DNA from: Vicinamibacteria bacterium
GTDB taxonomy: Bacteria; Acidobacteriota; Vicinamibacteria; Marinacidobacterales; Marinacidobacteraceae
Reading direction: 5' to 3'
NCBI GenBank assembly: GCA_963422395.1
Contig: OY729431.1
Span: forward strand, 2,496,001-2,560,000
Length of the DNA: 64,000 nucleotides
Shown here: positions 57,925 to 64,000 of the stretch, piece after piece
Position numbering within the stretch: the first letter of the stretch is position 1
Layout: every line of letters starts with the position of its first letter
Notes under the pieces: model-generated
Database searches by the model: none
Told to the model about the DNA's origin: nothing
Seen by the model: only the letters and a program-made list of their open reading frames with translations
Translations under genes and position numbers: made by a program

Positions 57925-58434
57925 CTACTCGGCGCGGAACCCGGCGGTCAGCACGGTTTCGCCCCAGGCGAAGTGGAGCTCGCCGTCGTGATCTCCGCTG
58001 GCGCCGATGGAAACGGTGAACTGCTCGGCGGCCTCGCCGCTGCCGACTCCCATGGGGATCTCGGCCACATCCAGGGAGGCATCGTGATCGGTGCCCCACT
58101 GCCCGGTCTGGGAATTCACCAGGAGCACCCAGCCGTCTCCCGATTTCCGCGCGAAGAGGCTGTACGAGCCGGCGCTCACCGAGGTGCCGCCGAATTGGAG
58201 ATCGGCGCCGCTCACGGTGAGGGTGGTGGCCTGGTCGGCGCCGAGCCGCCAGACCATCCCGTCGGCGGCCTGACCGAGCATGTCGCGGCCTTTCAGGCTC
58301 GGACGCCCGTAGTCGATGGAGATCGACGCCTCACCGACGGTGGCTTCGGCGGTTCCGCGCGGGCTCTGGGCGAGAGCCGCCGGGGCGGCCAGCAGAACTC
58401 CGGCGAGGATGCCGGCGAAATAGTGAATCTTCAT
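57925..58434 (-). CDS. DUF2911 family secreted protein
   Basis: SPRGT, IDYGRPSLKGR, VWRLGADQAT, GSYSLF, QTGQWGT. Confidence 0.88.
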   Translation of the reverse strand: MKIHYFAGILAGVLLAAPAALAQSPRGTAEATVGEASISIDYGRPSLKGRDMLGQAADGMVWRLGADQATTLTVSGADLQFGGTSVSAGSYSLFARKSGDGWVLLVNSQTGQWGTDHDASLDVAEIPMGVGSGEAAEQFTVSIGASGDHDGELHFAWGETVLTAGFRAE

Positions 58435-58469
58435 GGGGAAAACTCCTTGGTAGGGGGCAGATGAAGTTG

Positions 58470-59060
58470 TCAGGGACCGGTCAGACGGTCATGGGAATCG
58501 GTTCGGCGTCCGGACTTCGGAGCGCGGCGCCGGATGCCGATGACGCGCCCCTGCTCGGCGGGCCGCGGGAAGTCTCCCTGGCGCCGGGTCAGCTCGGCGA
58601 GCAGCGCGGAGAACTGCGCCGGCATCGGGGTGGAGCGGCGGGTCCGCATGTCCACATAGCAGCCGATGTGCTCGCAGGTGGCGGCCTGAACCGGTTCGCT
58701 GCCGGGACGCTCGGGCGCACCGAAGAGACGCAGGAAAGCGTGGACCAGTTTCTCGCTGTAGTCGAGCAGTTGGTAGCTGACGAAGAAAGCGCGTCCGGGG
58801 TGCAGCTCATTCTGATAGACCACATGGTCTTCCAGCGCGAATGTCGAACCGCGGTCGTTGTCGTTGTCCCACAGCCCGATGCTGGAAAGCATGTGTTGGG
58901 TAGCCTGATCGAAAGCCCGCCGATAGTACACGACATTCATGTGCCCGTTCCGGTCGGTCCAGTCGGGAGCCACCACTCCCTGGTAGATGCGGAAACCGCG
59001 TTCGGGATCGAACGACAGATCGGAGGGGAAGCGGAACGGCACGCGGCGCAGCGGGAACAC
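58470..59060 (-). CDS. Hotdog-fold acyl-CoA thioesterase
   Basis: WTDRNGHMNVVYY, STFALEDHVVY, QLLDYSEK. Confidence 0.8.
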   Translation of the reverse strand: MFPLRRVPFRFPSDLSFDPERGFRIYQGVVAPDWTDRNGHMNVVYYRRAFDQATQHMLSSIGLWDNDNDRGSTFALEDHVVYQNELHPGRAFFVSYQLLDYSEKLVHAFLRLFGAPERPGSEPVQAATCEHIGCYVDMRTRRSTPMPAQFSALLAELTRRQGDFPRPAEQGRVIGIRRRAPKSGRRTDSHDRLTGP

Positions 59061-59225
59061 TAGCCGGGCGGTTCCGCCCGATCGCTTCTGGTCGAGGGCG
59101 TTCGGCCCGGCGCTTCACCGTCCCTGCCCAGCCGATCCGGACATCCCGTGCCGGCATCGTCACAAACCAGCCCGTACCGCCAGCCGTACAAGTCAGAATG
59201 CTGCGACGAACGGAGGTTCCTCCCC

Positions 59226-61477
<2,252 letters not shown>

Positions 61478-61502
<25 letters not shown>

Positions 61503-62413
61503 CGGCCCGGGATTCGAGCGGTTGCTGACGCCTGCCGCGGAGGGGCCGTCCAACCGCCCTCGGGGCGGTCGAACCAGACATGGACCTGGCCGGTGCCGAT
61601 GGCGCTCTCGTAGCGGGAGAACATCCGGCCGCGAGCGGCGCAGTCGGCCCCGCCGACGGCGGCGACCGCCATCAGGTAGTGGCCGAAGCGTCCCTCGGGG
61701 GCGAAGCGCGCGTAGTCGTCCATCGCCTCGATGATCCGACGGTGGCCGCCGGCGAGCATCCAGCCGAGGCGTATTCCATCGGCGGCGCGGGCCTCCGGAG
61801 TGCGGAGATTCCTCGGGTCGGAGGCCTCGCGGCGGGGAATTTCCCGGAGCGGCCAGAACCGGTGGCTCATCCCGCCCGAAGCGAGGAGCACGGCCCGGCG
61901 CCCCGTCTCCTCCACCGCCTCGCCGATCGCGCGGCCCATTGCGAGGAAGTCGGGAGTGGTCCCGGTCTGCGCGCAGCTGACCGAAACCACCCGCTCGCCC
62001 CGATGGAGGTAGTGGAGCAGGTTCGTCGTCGGATAGTGGATGGGGAGGTCGGGGTCCGCGGAGGCATGGGCGGGCTGGCCGGCGCGCCCGGCGGCGGTTT
62101 CGGCGGCGCGGGCGAGTTCGGGATCGCCGGGGAAGTCGTAGGGCAGGCCGTGCATCCCGCGCGGCAGCTCGTCCGAGGTGTACCGCCCCGAGCGGCGCTC
62201 GTGCGCCGAGAGGAGGTGCTCCACCGTGCTCGCCCAGTGGGTGTCGAAGACGACGAGCGTCTCGGGGGCCAGCGGATCGAGCGCTTCGGTGCGCAGCCGG
62301 TGGAGGCCGGGAACGAGGCTGATCTCCTCCCCCTCGTTCAGCGCCCGGCGTTCCGCTTCGGGCAGCATGATCGTCGGGACATGGGAGACGAGTCCGAAGC
62401 CGACGACCGCCAT
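61478..62413 (-). CDS. LigB-family extradiol dioxygenase (3,4-dihydroxyphenylacetate 2,3-dioxygenase-like)
   Basis: SHVPTIML, FDTHW, YTSDELP, HYPT, ASGGMSHRFWP, IGTGQVHVWF. Confidence 0.88.
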
Positions 62414-62417
62414 CGGG

Positions 62418-63212
62418 TCACTCCCCGCCTTCGGCGAGCGTCCGGCCGCCGCGGAAAGTGAAGCCGACCCGCCGCCAGCAGCCGCCGAGGATCTCTCGCG
62501 GGGCGAGCGCTTCGAGCTCTTCGGTCGGCGAAGGAAAGACCCGGAGCTCGGCGGTTCCGGTGAAGGCGGTTTCGAGCTCCACATCCTCGGAAGCGACGGA
62601 GACCAGCTCGTGGAGCGCGTCGCCGCCGCCGGCCTCGACCCGGGGCAGCAGGCGGTGGTGCAGCATCGGGTGCGCATTCACGAATCCGGCCGCCGCCGCC
62701 TCTCCGGTGATCGTGAAACCCGCCTCCATCAGCCGCCGCGACCCGGCGGCCAGCGTGGCCCCGAACTGCCCCCCGGGCGCGAGCCGAGGTCCCGCCCGGC
62801 CGATCAGGGCGGGCCGGGTCATCCAGATATCGCCGAGCTTCTTGGGGTAGCCCTGGAAGTGGCCGCGGGCGAGCGAAGCGTCGCTGTCCACCCAGATGAA
62901 GACGCACCGCGACCAGTCGCGGTCCCCGAAGCGGCAGCGGACCACCAGCAGGCATTCCTTGTATTGGGCGCGCACCGGGTCGAGCAGCTCTTCGCCGGAT
63001 TCGCTGGCGCACTGCCATTCCGCCCAGATGGCGGCCACCGCGTCGGGACGGTCGGCGACCGGATGGAGCGGCGGAGGCAGGAGCGCCGCCACCGCGCCGG
63101 GTTCGGCGAGATACTCGATGGTGAGCATCTCTCCCGAATAGTGCCAGGGGGGAGAAGGAACGAGCGAGGCGCGGCCCGAAGGCGTGCGGGGAAAGAGAAA
63201 TCCGGCGGCCAA
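62418..63212 (-). CDS. Acetoacetate decarboxylase family protein
   Basis: PSPPWHYSG, QYKEC, IWVD, RGHFQGYPKKLG (Schiff-base Lys). Confidence 0.88.
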   Translation of the reverse strand: MAAGFLFPRTPSGRASLVPSPPWHYSGEMLTIEYLAEPGAVAALLPPPLHPVADRPDAVAAIWAEWQCASESGEELLDPVRAQYKECLLVVRCRFGDRDWSRCVFIWVDSDASLARGHFQGYPKKLGDIWMTRPALIGRAGPRLAPGGQFGATLAAGSRRLMEAGFTITGEAAAAGFVNAHPMLHHRLLPRVEAGGGDALHELVSVASEDVELETAFTGTAELRVFPSPTEELEALAPREILGGCWRRVGFTFRGGRTLAEGGE

Positions 63213-63267
63213 CTCAGACGCCCCAGAAGACGCGCACCTTCACCGGGCCGCGGAGCGGTGGCGCCGC

Positions 63268-64000
63268 TCAGAGATACGGCAGGTACTCACGCTTCTCCCA
63301 GTCGGTGGTGTGCGCGCGGAAGCGCTCCCACTCGGCGCGCTTCACCGCGGCCTGCATGCGGACGAAGTCCGCGCCGAAGGCGGCGACGAGATCCGGATCC
63401 GCTTCGAGATCGTCGAGGGCGCGGGGAAGATCCGCAGCGACGGTGACCGAAGCGGACGAGCGCTCGAGGCAGTCCTCGGTCTCCTCCGGCGGCGGCGCGT
63501 CGCCGCGTTCGATCCCGAGCCGCGCGCCGATGAGGGTCGCGGCGACCGCGAGGTGCGGGCCGCAGGCGCCGTCGGCGAGACGGTGTTCGATCCGCGCCCC
63601 CTCGCCGCGTTCTCGGGGAATCCGCACCGTGCAGCCCCGGTGGTCGTGTCCCCAATTCGCCCAGTAGCCGCTCATCTGCCCCGGACGGAGCCGCTTGTAG
63701 GCGTTCACCGTGGGAGCGACCACGCCGGCGAGCCCGCGGTGGTGCCGGAGCAGCCCGGCGACCGCCGCCCAGGCCGGCTGCGCCAAGCCCGCCTCCCCTC
63801 CGGGATCGTCGAAGAGATTCGTTCCGTCCCGCTCGAGACTCAGGTTCACATGGAGCCCCGAACCGCCCCGGTCGCTGAAGGGTTTGCCCAAGAAGGTGAG
63901 GGCGAAGCCCTTCGCTGCCGCGACCTCTCGGGCGAGCAGTTTGAAGAGGAACGCCTCGTCGGCGGCGGCGAGAGCGTCCTTCTTCCCGAGGGTCAGCTCG
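63268..64000 (-). CDS. Glutamine synthetase-family (gamma-glutamyl ligase) protein, 5' end beyond window
   Basis: TFLGKPF..GSGLHVNLS, APTVNAYKRL, WGHDHR, RIEHR, TDWEKREYL. Confidence 0.9.
   Translation of the reverse strand, partial: ELTLGKKDALAAADEAFLFKLLAREVAAAKGFALTFLGKPFSDRGGSGLHVNLSLERDGTNLFDDPGGEAGLAQPAWAAVAGLLRHHRGLAGVVAPTVNAYKRLRPGQMSGYWANWGHDHRGCTVRIPRERGEGARIEHRLADGACGPHLAVAATLIGARLGIERGDAPPPEETEDCLERSSASVTVAADLPRALDDLEADPDLVAAFGADFVRMQAAVKRAEWERFRAHTTDWEKREYLPYL

Overview
A GC-rich bacterial chromosome window. The ADOP-type ABC permease, Oar-type TonB receptor and VPS10-like propeller suggest Acidobacteriota or a similar lineage (inference only). Housekeeping and metabolic genes (secA, guaB, comM/yifB, ccdA-cytochrome c-TlpA, rnd, phhA, transporters, hydrolases) surround a complete type I-C CRISPR-Cas locus: cas3-cas5-cas8c(+internal cas11)-cas7-cas4-cas1-cas2, a leader and a 31-repeat/30-spacer array. 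Four observations stand out. (1) A degenerate repeat-24 nt spacer-repeat unit lies between cas3 and cas5 next to a decayed hicA(B). It looks like a CreR/CreA-type regulatory crRNA and has a partial seed match upstream of cas3. (2) The spacers are strongly non-random: at least six hit variants of one AC-rich/GC-hairpin/AAAGGA Shine-Dalgarno cassette, and four hit CxxC codons. (3) An AT-richer three-gene unit encodes a secreted 10-Cys peptide with perfectly mirror-symmetric Cys spacing, translationally coupled to a small membrane protein. (4) A family of CTAG-targeting IS/MITE relics sits at gene ends and next to broken defence-type genes (DUF262; HATPase-STAS-PIN). All calls come from reading the sequence. 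No database searches were run, and many start codons are approximate.
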